A DNA stretch of 63,238 nt, counting the filler, from Octopus bimaculoides (taxonomy: Eukaryota), in assembly GCF_001194135.2 (NCBI RefSeq). It is 7 parts of 7 records of this genome, joined end to end, with 100 filler letters (N's around TTAATTAATTAA, not from the genome) between each part and the next. Parts side by side here need not be neighbours in the genome. Positions count along the whole stretch, not along the records: positions 1 to 24,790 come from NC_068987.1; 6 more parts are not named here. One strand, given 5' to 3'. Shown one piece after another: positions 1 through 11,828 of this stretch (position 1 is its first letter; the number at the start of each line of letters is the position of its first letter). Below the pieces are notes generated by a model. That model saw nothing but the letters and a program-made list of their open reading frames with translations, was not told the DNA's origin and searched no databases. The translations under genes were made by a program, and so were the position numbers.

Positions 1-17
1 TTTTTTTTTTTTTTGTA

Positions 18-545
18 AGTTTCTGCATCATTTGGTCTAGTTGGCTGCAGTATACTTCAGCCATGATTGATGATCCAGGTTCAATGAAATCATAATGGAT
101 CACACCTGTGTCGGACCACCAAACACACTTCTTTTGATGAATTTTGCTTTTTGGACTGTGTTTTTGTGGCTCGTCTTTGTTTAGCCATTGTGCTGAACAT
201 TTACGGTTGTTGTATTGGATCCATTTCTTATCACATGTTACAATTCGATTAAAAAATGATTCATTTTTATGACGAGAAAGTAGCATAATGCAGGCTTCCA
301 AACGTTGCTGTTTCTGATTTTCATTGAGTTCATGTGGAACCCACTTATTCAACTTTTTCACTTAACCGATTTGAGGTAGGTGAGTCAATATCATTTGCTT
401 CCTAACACCAAACAACAATGATGATTCAGGGCACTTTCAGATGGATCTGACTTGACGGTAGCTTTTGGTTCGTTGTTATCCACTTTTGTTTCTAGTCAAC
501 TGAGTTGCTCATTTTTTAGGTCAAAGAGCCTTATAAATAAGCACT
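18..545 (-). pseudogene. Decayed mariner transposase fragment
   Basis: Minus strand reads IVTCDKKWIQYNNRKCSAQWLNKDEPQKHSPKSKIHQKK..WWSDTGVIHYDF, matching the mariner IVTCDEKWILYDN..WW..GVIH block; stops and frameshifts elsewhere. Confidence 0.85.
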
Positions 546-559
546 TTAATATTCTTTTT

Positions 560-885
560 TGTTTTATTTATTTGTCATTTGACTGTGGCCATGCTGGAGC
601 ACCACCTTTAGTCGAACAAATCAACCCCAGGACTTCTTCCTTGTAAGCCTAGTACTTATTCTATCGGTCTCTTTTGCTGAACTGCTAAGTTATGGGGACA
701 TTGGTTGTCAAGTGATGGTGGGGAGACAAACACAGATACACAAACACACACACATATATGACGGGCTTCTTTCAGTTTCGGTCTACCAAATCCACTTACA
801 AGGCTTTGGTCAGCTCGGGGCTATAGTAGAAAACACTTGCCCAAGGTGTCACACAGTGGGACTGAACCCAGAACCACGTGGTTGT
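560..885 (-). mobile_element. tRNA-headed SINE family A, head truncated
   Basis: Reverse complement of the family A consensus seen at 30995-31405 (CTTGGGCAAGTGTCTTCTACTATAGCC; GGATTTGGTAGACGGAAACTGAAAGAAGCC; internal TA/TG microsatellite; GGTGCTCCAGCATGGCC tail). Confidence 0.9.
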
Positions 886-1565
886 AATATGAATACAAAA
901 TACTTAGAAATCTTTAGTAATAAAATTAGAATAGGTCATAGCCTAACTAGCAACCTAGCTACTATTATAGCCTACATTAACAATAAAAAGCCAGACACCT
1001 ACGAAACTAGGAAGAATAATAATAACCACAACAACCAATCCATTGATATAATAAGTGCTTCCCCAAATAACTCACCCTCTAAAGATACAGACAACCACCT
1101 TATAAATGATAATCCCCCTCACCATATTATAGGCACAGATAATCTTACTAATCTATGTGGCTGTAGAGATAAAAATACTTGTGAATTCATGAACAAATGT
1201 AAAACTAAAAATGTAATCAACAATTGTGATGTATTCTCCAATAATTACAAGAATACAACTATAAATGAAATGAAACTTAGATATAATTCCCATCTCTCAA
1301 GCTTCAGGAATAGAAATAAGGCTAACTCTACAGGATTAAGCAGTTACATCTGGGAACCTAAAGATAATAACATTAATTATAGATTAGAATGGCACATTCT
1401 GGCCAAAATATCTTCATAGAACCTTAAAAATAAATACTGCAATTTATGCATAAATAAGAAATTCTTCATTTTAATGGCCAAATCATAATTGCTTAATAAA
1501 CAAGACAAGAAAAACTTAGCAAGCTTACATAAAGATAAATTCTTATTCTCTAAATATGCTAATAC
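886..1565 (+). pseudogene. Penelope-like element 3' ORF fragment (GIY-YIG endonuclease)
   Basis: CGCRDKNTC..NKCKTKNVI..LRYNSHLSSFRNRNKANSTGLSSYIWE.KDNNINYRLEWHILAK then ..CNLCI.KKFFIL..LLNKQ, the typical C-terminal endonuclease region of Penelope-like elements. Confidence 0.85.
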
Positions 1566-1781
1566 ATACCTTACATTACTGTTTATTAGCTGACTTGTCT
1601 AACCTCTGATTACCTCTCTTCAACCCTCCCCCTTACCACATAGTACAACATAATATAAACCACAATTATATTCAATTTACTTTGACTAACTGAATTATTT
1701 ATCTTAGATGCACAATGAACAACCGTAGCTATAATTCTCTTTAATATATTTACATTAAAGATAGAGCACAGCTGCCATTAA

Positions 1782-2572
1782 CCCTTTCGTTACTAACCCG
1801 GCCATAGCCGGCCGAAAAATTTTTTGGTTCATAAGACTAACCCGGCCGTAGCCGGCCGAACGTACCCATTGTTATTTAAATGTATATTTGAACCTAAATC
1901 TCGTTAGTACATTCGTTAAAACACCTGATTTCACTTTGCAAACAGTTGAGTTATTGTCTCCGACATTGTTTGGCGTGATATTTGAACTCAGTGAATTTTG
2001 GAAGATTTTTTACTACATTTTTTGCGGCGTTAATTTTTTTCAACTTTGAAGATGGAGAGGAGTTTCATGCTATCAAGCAGTGATTCCGAATTTGAAGGTT
2101 TTTCAACAGAAGATATGGAGNNNNNNNNNNNNNNNNNNNNNNNNNNNNNNNNNNNNNNNNNNNNNNNNNNNNNNNNNNNNNNAGATGAAATACGGGAATT
2201 TTTTGCCATAAATATTATTATGGGTATTAGACAGTTACCCAGAAAAACAAATTACTGGAGCGATCAGGAACCTTTTGGCGATGAATATATTTCCAGTATT
2301 ATGAACGAGTACGATTCATGAAGCTGAACCAATATTTACATGTGAGAGACACTAGCAGTACCCGAGTACGTGGAGAACTTTCAGACAAAAATTATGCAAT
2401 AGAATTGATTAAGAACCCTTTCTTTAATTATGTTCCAAATATCACATTAATATGTTGATAAATAAAAAAGTTACAGGTGTTTAATGAGACTAGTCTAAAT
2501 TCAAGATTATTTTAGAATTTAATTGAAACTCATGAGGGGTGTATTTTGATCAGAAATATAGTAACGAAAGGG
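1782..2572 (+). mobile_element. piggyBac internal-deletion derivative (about 790 bp)
   Basis: TTAA at 1778-1781 and 2573-2576; 13-bp TIR CCCTTTCGTTACT/AGTAACGAAAGGG; subterminal direct repeat ACTAACCCGGCC(A/G)TAGCCGGCCGAA twice; remnant SDSEFEGF..EIREFFAINIIMGIRQLPRKTNYWS resembles a piggyBac/PGBD transposase. Confidence 0.9.
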
Positions 2573-3401
2573 TTAACATATATATGATTAAACGAGCAAT
2601 TCTATTCTAGCCAAGTTGATTTGTTTTAATTATATTAACGAGCCGTAAACCCTGACTACACATAACAACATTTTATTTATTTATTATACCTATTTACGTA
2701 ACCCAGATTTATACTGTATATCGCACTTAAACTTTTAAGAGAGTCCTTAATTTTAAACTAGGGCATTATTTGTAATCATAGGGACTTACTAAGTAGACTC
2801 AAATAGCGTTATTTGTTATGATTAATGATACTGGATATTACTACCAGGTATAACTCTTTCAACTAACATTGCCGGTCAACTGGTCATTTTCCCCACTCAC
2901 TGCTCCATTCATCTACTTTGAAGCAACTGTACACACATTTGCCATTTTTTAAGGATGCAAAAATGTAAGCCTAAACACCTAATGAACCTTTTTCTTTTTC
3001 TTTTCCTTATCTTTTTTTCTCCTGTCAATATTCCTCTGGTAAAATTCAAATCATTCTGAGGATGTTTGTTACATGGAATGAGACAAACACGCAAGTTTAC
3101 CTCAAAAATAACTGAAACAGCTGTAAATGTTATCTTAACCATAATTAAACTATGATTATTCAATACTAATGATCAACTTCCAATTGTTACATGTTGTCCA
3201 TTTCGTCTCGTTTTTTATCTGAATATATTAAACCACAGTTTACCCTTTAAATTACCAGCTACCTTACAGCAAGGCTTATACATAGTTAGGTAATACACCA
3301 GTAGTGCCTATGGATACAGTTATCCCTTAGACGGTTGCATAACCTTTAACTCACAATTTCTTTATATATATATATATATATATAAATTTAATGAATGGAG
3401 T

Positions 3402-3598
3402 AAAACGCATATTTTAACTGCATACTTTTATTTCCGTCATATGTTTCGAAGAATTACAATTTATGCGATCCATAGGGATCGGCAATGTTAAAAATGTAAA
3501 CTTCTCATCAGGAATCGCCGATTCCTATGGATCGCATAAATTGTAATTCTTCGAAACATATGTCGGAAATAAAAGTATGCAGTTAAAATATGCGTTTT
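3402..3598. repeat. Near-perfect inverted repeat (82-bp arms, 33-bp spacer), Penelope-type terminus
   Basis: Arms 3402-3483 and 3517-3598 are reverse complements with 2 mismatches; the right arm runs into an N gap. Confidence 0.95.
3432..3514 (-). ncRNA. Minimal type I hammerhead ribozyme core (Penelope-associated), cleavage triplet mutated in this arm
   Basis: Minus strand: TTC-CTGATGA-GAAG..long loop..CTTC-GAAAC-ATAT-GAC-GGAA. The inverted copy at about 3548-3570 has GAAACATATGTCGGAA, i.e. the canonical GUC. Confidence 0.7.
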
Positions 3599-3802
3599 NN
3601 NNNNNNNNNNNNNNNNNNNNNNNNNNNNNNNNNNNNNNNNNNNNNNNNNNNNNNNNNNNNNNNNNNNNNNNNNNNNNNNNNNNNNNNNNNNNNNNNNNNN
3701 NNNNNNNNNNNNNNNNNNNNNNNNNNNNNNNNNNNNNNNNNNNNNNNNNNNNNNNNNNNNNNNNNNNNNNNNNNNNNCATATTTACAGGAAAAGGGTTCA
3801 AC

Positions 3803-4516
3803 AAAATGTTCAAACTTTAAATTTATCTTTAAAAAATTGTTGTTTTACAGAAAAAGGTTTAATGTTGAGCTTTCAAAAGTTAGAAACTAGAATTAAAAAA
3901 ATAAAAAAATTTTGATTGGCATTTTGTTGCCTACTTTGAAAAAATAATAGTTTTAATAATAAACTCTTCTCTTCCTCCTCTTTCTTTTCATTTTCTCCCC
4001 TCCATTCTATTTTTCAATCTTTTCTCTTCACCTGGGTCATCATCCTTCTTCCCAGACCTATCTCTTTCATGCTTCTTTTCCTTTTCCTTTTCTTCATTCC
4101 ATTATTCACCTCCTTCCATCTTTCCTCTTCAAACATATCATTATTCTTCTTCCTGGGCCTACCTTAGTTTCATGTTTCTCCTCTCCTCATTTTTCTCTTC
4201 TCTCCTCCATTCCATTATTTGTCTCCTTCTGTCCTTAATCCCCAGAAAAATATTTCTACCTGTGCTTCTAAAAGAAATGATATAGTTAATCTTCATTTGT
4301 TAATAAAAGGGAATGAAGTAGTGGTATTTCCCCACCTTTAAAAATAAGATGTGTTTGCTAATGAGATGAGCATTTCAAAAAGTGCAACAAAATGTCAATT
4401 AAAATTTAAAAAATTTTTTTAATTCTAATTTCTAACTTTTGAAGGCTTGACATTTTATTAAACTTTTTTCTGTAAAACAACAATTTTTTTTAAGAAAAAT
4501 TTAAAGTTTGAACATT
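3803..4516. mobile_element. Foldback/MITE-like element with about 140-bp imperfect inverted arms around a CT-rich core
   Basis: 3803-3945 is the reverse complement of 4373-4516 (AAATGTTCAAACTTTAAATTT.. / ..AAATTTAAAGTTTGAACATTT). Confidence 0.7.
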
Positions 4517-4997
4517 TCTCCAAAGCAGGAAAATTTTTCCATTTAAATTTCTTGTTTTTTAAGATTATATTACATCATTTATTATTTAGATTATCATTCT
4601 AGTACCATTGCCATCATTAGCCCAATTTCTGGTTCACCCCCATACCATGTTGAGGTGATTGTTGGTTTTTATGGGGGAAGGGCCACCAGTGATTTTTAAT
4701 TTTTATTTTATAACTTTTACTTCATAATTATCATTTAGGCTTGTTATTTCAATTAATTTTTTTCAAAAACAAAGCAACAATATTTTGGAAGGAAAATTGG
4801 CATTATAAGAAGTGTTAGTATCACTAACAGTATTCCATTTGTCAGCATAATTATAATTATTATTTGAAAAAAATACAAATTAAAAAACAATTTTCTTTTT
4901 TTATTTTGCATAAAGAATACAAGAATTCATAATATATGATAATATAATGTAATCACAGCAAGAGAGAGAAATAGAGACAATGGAGCTGTGCTGTATA

Positions 4998-5357
4998 ATT
5001 GGTCAAGCACTGAACATGCTTGACTTAATAAAATGCTGGGTCGAGCTCAAATAATAAAATACAGGAGAGAGCTGAGTGAATTGTGAATATGAAGAGGTTC
5101 TTGAGTAAATAGTGTTAAAAAGATTTTATTAATCATTTTGCTATAAAACTTATATGAAAATAAAGGTTATAATACAATGATTAACGTATATGCAATTTTA
5201 ACCAAGTTTAAGAAAGTTAATGGAAATTAAAGAATTGAATAAATCGATATTTCTAACTATTTCTAATGCATGCCAAGGTTACAGAATTATAGTCAAGGCT
5301 CATTTGAGCTCAACCCAACATTTTGTTGGGTCAAGCACATCTAGTGCTTGACCAATA
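4998..5357. mobile_element. MITE with about 54-bp TIRs; second, SINE-interrupted copy at about 7590-8112
   Basis: Left TTGGTCAAGCACTGAACATGCTTGAC..GAGCTCAAAT versus right ATTTGAGCTC..GTCAAGCACATCTAGTGCTTGACCAA; the internal sequence aligns by eye with 7590-8112. Confidence 0.75.
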
Positions 5358-5402
5358 CATTTATTTAACTTGAGTATAATACACAACTGTTACATAAATA
5401 TA

Positions 5403-6573
5403 TGTGGTCTGATCAATGAGTATCTAGACAGTTGTCATAGTATTGAAGCTAAAGCATGCAGAGTGAAGCCACTTGGCACAGACTGACCTTGAACTCTGCT
5501 ATGCAAGCACACACTTTTAATATTCTAGCTCACTTCTGCTGTTTACAGCAGTGCTTGGAAGGAACATATGTAGTGTGTGATCGTTGCAGTGACCATGGCA
5601 GAGAATCTGCATTAAATCTAGCCAAAAGCTTGGCGATACCTGCAGAAAGTGTATGGAGAGGAGTGTACGAGTGGTTCAGATGTTTCCAAGATGGCTGAAA
5701 AAATAACAATAGTGACATACATTCTGTGAGACCCACAACCAGCAGAACTGCGAAAAACTTTGCAGATGTGTGTGCAGCTGTGAGAGGAAATTGTTGAAAT
5801 CCCATCCATGAGTTATCAGAAGATGTGCAGATTAGTTAGGGTTTAGTTCAGTCCATTATCACATGTCTGCCAAGTTTGTGCCAAAACTGCTTTCAGCTGA
5901 CCAAAAGGACACTCAGGTTTCAATTGTGCAAGATTTCGTTAATTGTGTCGAGAACAAAGAAAACTTTTGGAAAATGGTCATAACGGGTGATGAATCATGG
6001 GTCTATGGCTATGACTCTGAAAAAAGGTTCAGTCTTCGCAGTGGAAGACCCCCAACATCTCCAAGACTGAAGAATGAGTCAAAGCAATGTGAAGACGCTG
6101 TTGACCGTTTTCTTCGACTACAAAGGGATTGTTCATCATGAATATGCTCCACCTGGTCGGACAGTAAACAAGGAATACTACCGTGATGTTTTGCAGCATT
6201 TGTGGGATGCTGTTAGTCAGAAAAAATCACAACTGCATGCATCTGGTGGGTGGTAATTGCACCATGACAATGCACCTGCCCATTCAGCACAGCTTGTGCA
6301 GTAGTTTTTGGCTAGGCACAGTATTCTCCAGGTCTGACAGCCACTGCGTCACATCTTGTGACTTATTCCTCTTTCCAAAAATCAATGCAACAATCACACT
6401 CTACACACGTTCCTTCCAAGCACTGCTGTAAACAGTGGAAGTGAGCTAGAACATTAAAACTTAGTGCACATGCACAGCAAAGTACAAGGTCAATCTGTGC
6501 CAAGTGGCTTCACTCTGCATGCTTTAGCTTTGTTACTATGGCAACAGTCCGGATACTTATTGATCAGACTACA
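5403..6573 (+). mobile_element. Near full-length decayed mariner (irritans-like)
   Basis: TA flanks; about 38-bp TIRs TGTGGTCTGATCAATGAGTATC../..GATACTTATTGATCAGACTACA; transposase remnants ITGDESWVYGYD, VKTLLTVFFDYKGIVHHEYAPPGRTVNKEYY, LHHDNAPAH, CDLFLFPK; frameshifted. Confidence 0.93.
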
Positions 6574-6667
6574 TATTCATTACTTTGGACATAAAACATA
6601 TCTGATTATTCAACCCCAGACCACTCTTGAGCTAGCAGAACTATGATCAAAGATGTTTCAGCTTCAC

Positions 6668-6726
6668 CAGCCAATCTGTTTTTCTGATACAGTATATCTA
6701 GAAATACATCATCAAATGCATTTTTT
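6668..6726 (-). CDS. Candidate internal exon of unidentified minus-strand gene (KNAFDDVFLDILYQKNRLA)
   Basis: Pyrimidine-rich acceptor CTTCCTACTGTCTCTTAG, donor GTGAAG, single open frame; no homology recognised. Confidence 0.3.
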
Positions 6727-6999
6727 CTAAGAGACAGTAGGAAGTGATATGAAAGCAATCTAGCTGCTATTTCTAACAGATCAAGCAAACACATTGTCTC
6801 ACATAATAACACCTGTACATCCCGCTGTTCATGCTACTCAGGTTGCCCTTGAACCCAGTGAAAAGGAAGATAAGTACTAATTTAATGAATTAATGAGAAT
6901 TCGGAAATAGTGTTAATTAAATTTGACCTAGCAATGATCACTGGAAAGAAGAGACAACACATAACCAGAGAGAAGATATGACCAGGTTGGCGGTTTAAC

Positions 7000-7170
7000 T
7001 TCTCTAGCGTTGTAAGATGGAAAGGAATAGGCAGAGTAGATAAGGAAGAAAGGACAGTAAAGCATGTTTGGGAGATAGAGGAAGAAATGTAAGAGCAAGA
7101 GAGGAAGTTACAGCAGTGTAATAGGGAAATGCAAACAAAAAGACAGAAAGAGAGAGAAAAACAGAGATAG

Positions 7171-7204
<34 letters not shown>

Positions 7205-7452
7205 AGAGAGAGAGAGAGAGACAGACAGACAGAAAGATCGATATGTAGAGAGAGGAGAGGACTCATAGATAGACAGGAGGATTGATACACAATTGACAGA
7301 AAGGGAAGGAGAATAATTTGAAAAGAGAGCAAACAAATATAGAAAGAGGAAGAGTGGGAGAGAGAAAAAGGAAACAGAAGAGACAGAGGGAAAGACAAAG
7401 AGAAAGAGATAGACAGAAAGAGAGAGAGACAGATAGATAGATAGATAGAAAG

Positions 7453-7483
<31 letters not shown>

Positions 7484-7600
7484 TAGAAAGATAGATATAC
7501 AAAGAGGGGATGACTGACAGAAAGGGGAGGAGAATAAATAGGAGAGATTAAACAAACATAGATAGAAGAAAAGTGGGAGAGGATAAGTAAGAGTAAAATA
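7000..7600 (+). repeat. GA/GATA-rich low-complexity tract
   Basis: (GA)n, (GATA)n and (GACA)n runs; explains the spurious L/S-rich minus-strand ORFs. Confidence 0.9.
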
Positions 7601-7676
7601 GAGAGTTGAGCAAAATGTGAATATGAAGAGAGTCTTGAGTAAATAATGTTAAAAAGACTTTATTATTATAATTATA

Positions 7677-7900
7677 AGGCAGCGAGCTGGCAGAATTGTT
7701 AGCACACCAAGCGAAATGTGTAGCGGTATTTTGTCTGCTGTTAGGTTTTGAGTTTGAATTCCGCCGAGGTCGACTTTGCCTTTCATCTTTTCAAGGTCGA
7801 TAAAATTAGTACCAGTTATGTACTAGGGGTCGACGTAATCGACTTAATCCCTTCCCCCAAAATTTGAGGCCTTATGCTTCCAGTAGAAAAGAATTATTAT
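7677..7900 (+). mobile_element. tRNA-headed SINE family B
   Basis: GGCAGCGAGCTGGCAGAATTGTTAGC (A-box-like) ..GAGTTTGAATTCCGCCGAGGTCGACTTTGCCTTTCATC..GGTCGATAAAATTAGTACCAG..GGGGTCGACGTAATCGAC; further copies at about 28492-28685 (-), 41965-42165 (-) and 56314-56932 (-). Confidence 0.9.
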
Positions 7901-8809
7901 GATAATCATTGAAAATAAAGGTTATAATAGAATGAATATTTTAACATAAAGTATATGCAATTTTAATCAAGTTTAAGAAAATTAATGGAAATTAAAAAAT
8001 TGAAAGAATTGATATTTCAAATGCGCAGCAAGGTTACAGAATTATAGCCTAGGCTCATTTCAGCTTGATCCAACATTTTGTTGAGTCAAGCACTAAATGT
8101 GCTTGACCAATATAAATATAAAACCAGTAAACTTAATCACCAAGATTATGAGACATTGGTTCAGACATAATCATGAAATTCCATATATAGTATGTAATTT
8201 TACATATCATCATCATCATCTTCATCATTAACATCTGTCTTCCATGCTGGTATGGGTTGGATGGCATGACAGGACCTGATGCATCTGAAAACTGCATCGT
8301 ATCTGTTTTGGCATCATTTCTATTGTAGGATGTTCCTCCTAATGCCAACCAATATTTTTGTGGTACCAGTACTAGTGAGATCACCATGTATTGCAAAACT
8401 CAGATTGTCATTGATTGAACTGGGGAGCACTAGAGAGGAAGGCAGTTTTATGCTTGGTGATGATGAGTTAAAATATAGTAAGTCAGTATATATACAATAA
8501 TATATAGCAGAGTTGATGTACTAAATCAGAACTAATTGAGGCAAGAATATTATTTGGTATTTAGATTTTCTCTTTTATTGGTGTCAGTCATTGAACTGTT
8601 ACTATACTTGTCGCTGCCTTCTAGGTTTTTAATCACTTATATTGACTCTAGTACTTATTTCAGTTTGCTATTTGTTTTATCAATTTCCATTTGTTGAAGA
8701 TTAGGTTACTTTTCGGCAGAAAGAGACACAACCTGATGCATCATTTTACATTGATACAGACATACATACATCAGACTTCTATAGTCTCTTTATATCAAAT
8801 TCCATTCAT

Positions 8810-9205
8810 AGGTACAGCATGGCTGCATGGTAAGAGGCTTGCTTCCCAACCACATGGTTCTGGGTTCAGTCCCACTGCGTGGTACTTTTGGCAAGTGTCT
8901 TCTACTATAGCCTTGGGCCGACCAAAGACTTGTGAGTGGATCTGATAGATGGAAGTCAAAAGAAGCCTGTTGTATATATGTGTGTGTGTGTATTTGTGTG
9001 TCTGTGTTTGTTCCTCCCCACCATCACTTGACAACCGATGTTGTTGTGTTTACACCCCTTAACTTACCAGTTCGGCAAAAGAATCTGATAGAACAAGTAC
9101 TAGGCATACAAAGAAAAAGTCCTGGGGTTGATTTGTTCGACTAAAGGTGGTGCTCCAGCATGGCTGCAGTCAAATGACTGAAACAAGTAAAAGGATAAAA
9201 GAATG
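8810..9205 (+). mobile_element. SINE family A, near full length
   Basis: tRNA-like head GGCTGCATGGTAAG..GGGTTCAGTCCC, CORE-like CTTTTGGCAAGTGTCTT, internal TA/TG repeat, conserved tail. Confidence 0.9.
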
Positions 9206-9822
9206 AAAGAATAAAGCATTGGTCAACCCAAGACACTTGCATCATATTCTGCATAGTAAGACTGAGTCTAGAACCACACCTCTTTACTTTCTCAGTACAA
9301 ATCTTTCTGGGTTTGGCTTTACCTTTCATCCTTCCAGGGCCAATAAAATTGGTAGTAATGATAAAGTTTTTAAAATATATAACATTACTGTTTTGTGATA
9401 GAAAAGAATTCCAATATTTTAAGTAAGACTTCTTTTTTTTAGAATGCTAAACAAGAGAAAGGCTTTTCTTAAAACACTACAATTCTCTTCTCCTTACATT
9501 ATACTTTTAATACGAAAATTTTAAAACTCTATGAAACTGATTCAATGACTAGTCTACTTGCATTCTAGTGTTTAATATTAAGTATCAGTAATTAACAATA
9601 CCTACTCACTTTGGAAACAAATGACATTATACTGATATAAGGAATAATTATTTTTAAAATAACAAATTTGACAGACAGCCTTACTGTGTCATGCACAATC
9701 AATTGCAGTGTAAGAGTCACAATCAAAACTTGAATCAGGATAGTTCACTCAGTATGCCAGAGGCTTACCACCTAGGCTATAGTGGTGTGTACCATGTATA
9801 TTAGATATTTGTTATGACTCAC

Positions 9823-9934
9823 CAAGTATGTTGCTTCCATCAGAATAACCAATGTGTCTCTGATAAATGGTGTTATTTGCAAATTCCTCACTCATGTTCA
9901 GTTGTGCTTCAACTTTTTTGTAAGATGTTAATGT
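9823..9934 (-). CDS. Candidate internal exon of unidentified minus-strand gene (TLTSYKKVEAQLNMSEEFANNTIYQRHIGYSDGSNIL)
   Basis: Strong acceptor TATTTTCATTTCTAG and donor GTGAGT bracket 112 nt with only one open frame; unique, non-repetitive DNA. Confidence 0.45.
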
Positions 9935-11828
9935 CTAGAAATGAAAATACAAATCATATTATAATTATTGGCACCTTTGTTTAAATGTCTATTTTTTCAG
10001 CATTTTCTTTGCATTTTAATATATATATTTTTTTATAGGTTTGTTCTAAATGAAGGGGTAATGGTGGCCATGGCTTTGGTAGGTCCTCTTTTGAGACTGG
10101 CTACATTGATGCAGTTAGCCTTTCTCTTGGACAAGTTGACAGCTGCAAGAAAAACATGTGTGTGTATGAATTTTTAGAGAGCCAAGTACAGGAGTGAATG
10201 AATCTATATTACATCATAGAGATGAATGAGTCAATATTACAGTATAGGGGTGGATCCACATAACACCACTCTATTAAATCCCATGTTATATATAGTGTGA
10301 CATGCAATCAATCATCTTCTGTACTAGTAATGTCAAGTAGAGATAGAGGAAATCCAACAAGGAAGCTTCTATGTCAGGGGTTAGGAAACCAGGTACTGAT
10401 TTATTTTGTAGAGCTGTTAGTTTGTAAAATTAAAGATTACTTATTTTTCTGAGCACAGAACATGCACTCCAGTGCATCTTAAGCATCTGCAATTCATCTA
10501 TGGTACTGAAAAGGTTCCCTGTCTCCATCCCTGGTATATGTAGTTACTTGACTTTTTAAAAATAGCAGCCAAATTTTCCTCAAATTACACCACATTATCT
10601 TGACAAACAAAGAGGCAAGATACATTGAGTAATGTAGTCCTAAATACCTATGACTGAAAAAAGTAATTGCATCTCGATTACTTTTGATGAGAAGTCTACT
10701 CAATTAAAAGTGACAAGAGCTAAAAATCAACAACATTTAGATTAGCAGAAACCATCCACTTCTTATAGACATTTTTCTTAACTGATGAAAAGCAGGGGAT
10801 TCATACAAAAATACAAATCACAACTGCATAAACTTTAGCAAAGTACATTCACCAACAACTACTCACACAAACTCATTCAACCACCTTCACATGTTGAATT
10901 TACACAGCTTACAACCTAAACTTTAGGCACAATCGTGACTGTTTCTCATATGACACTAACACACAAATTTAGTGGAGAACAAAATTCTATGCCAACATAC
11001 GTACAAATCATAACCACTTGGCTACAAACAACCTCTGTCCACTTTATCACTTAACAGATTAAATTTAGAGAGCCTTGATAGTTTGAGACAGTCACCAGAC
11101 ACAATCGTTCAACAATGTTAGCCTTAACTTTCAGTGCAAAAACTACTGTCACATGACATGGACATAGCTGGGAACTTACAAAAATTTGTAAGCCTAGTTA
11201 CATGTTCACCCTCTGCCAATCAAATTGTATCCAAAACAGATACTAATTTGAGCCATGGTCTCTCTAATTTTTGAACTTCAGTCAGAAACAAAACAGTTGT
11301 GTCTTTCTATCTCACTTAGCTTTTGAAAATCAGAAAAAATCTGTGAAGCTGGTTAAGCCTTTAAATATAAATCACCTAAAAGACTCCCATTTTCAACTCC
11401 TTTTTTCTATATTTCTACTTGTACATAATAAAATAACTTTGTTTTCTATATATACTTGCTACACAATGAACAAAAATGCCGCAAAAGCCCGACCAAAATG
11501 ACATGTTGAACCTAGAGATTCAAAAAGAACTAAAAGAGATCTCCTCCAAGCTCTCAATCTTATCCAACAAAACCAACCAGATAGAGACCTACACTAAAGA
11601 ATCTCTCAAAGTAAGAAGAAATACTGAAGAGGTAGTGATTATCCAAACCCTAAACCAGTAATGCAAAACTATAGAAATAGTAATGCATCAGATGCCAGAA
11701 TAAAATTCAAAAACAGAGCAAGAAAATAACATTGATCTGTGACAACAAATCAATTAAAACACTCTTAAACATATATAGAACCAAAACCTCACAGCCTACA
11801 AATTTTCCTTTTGGCACTTTATTAAAGA

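Noticed and set aside
3255-6876. Alternative plus-strand small-exon chain (ATLQQGLYIVSTIAIISPISGSPPYHVE..)
   Set aside because: Weak donors, breaks phase at the next candidate, and conflicts with the better-supported minus-strand chain.
10037-10150. Exon-like segment readable on either strand (VNLSKRKANC.. on -, FVLNEGVMVAM.. on +)
   Set aside because: Good acceptors on both strands but no donor compatible with neighbouring candidates; unresolved.
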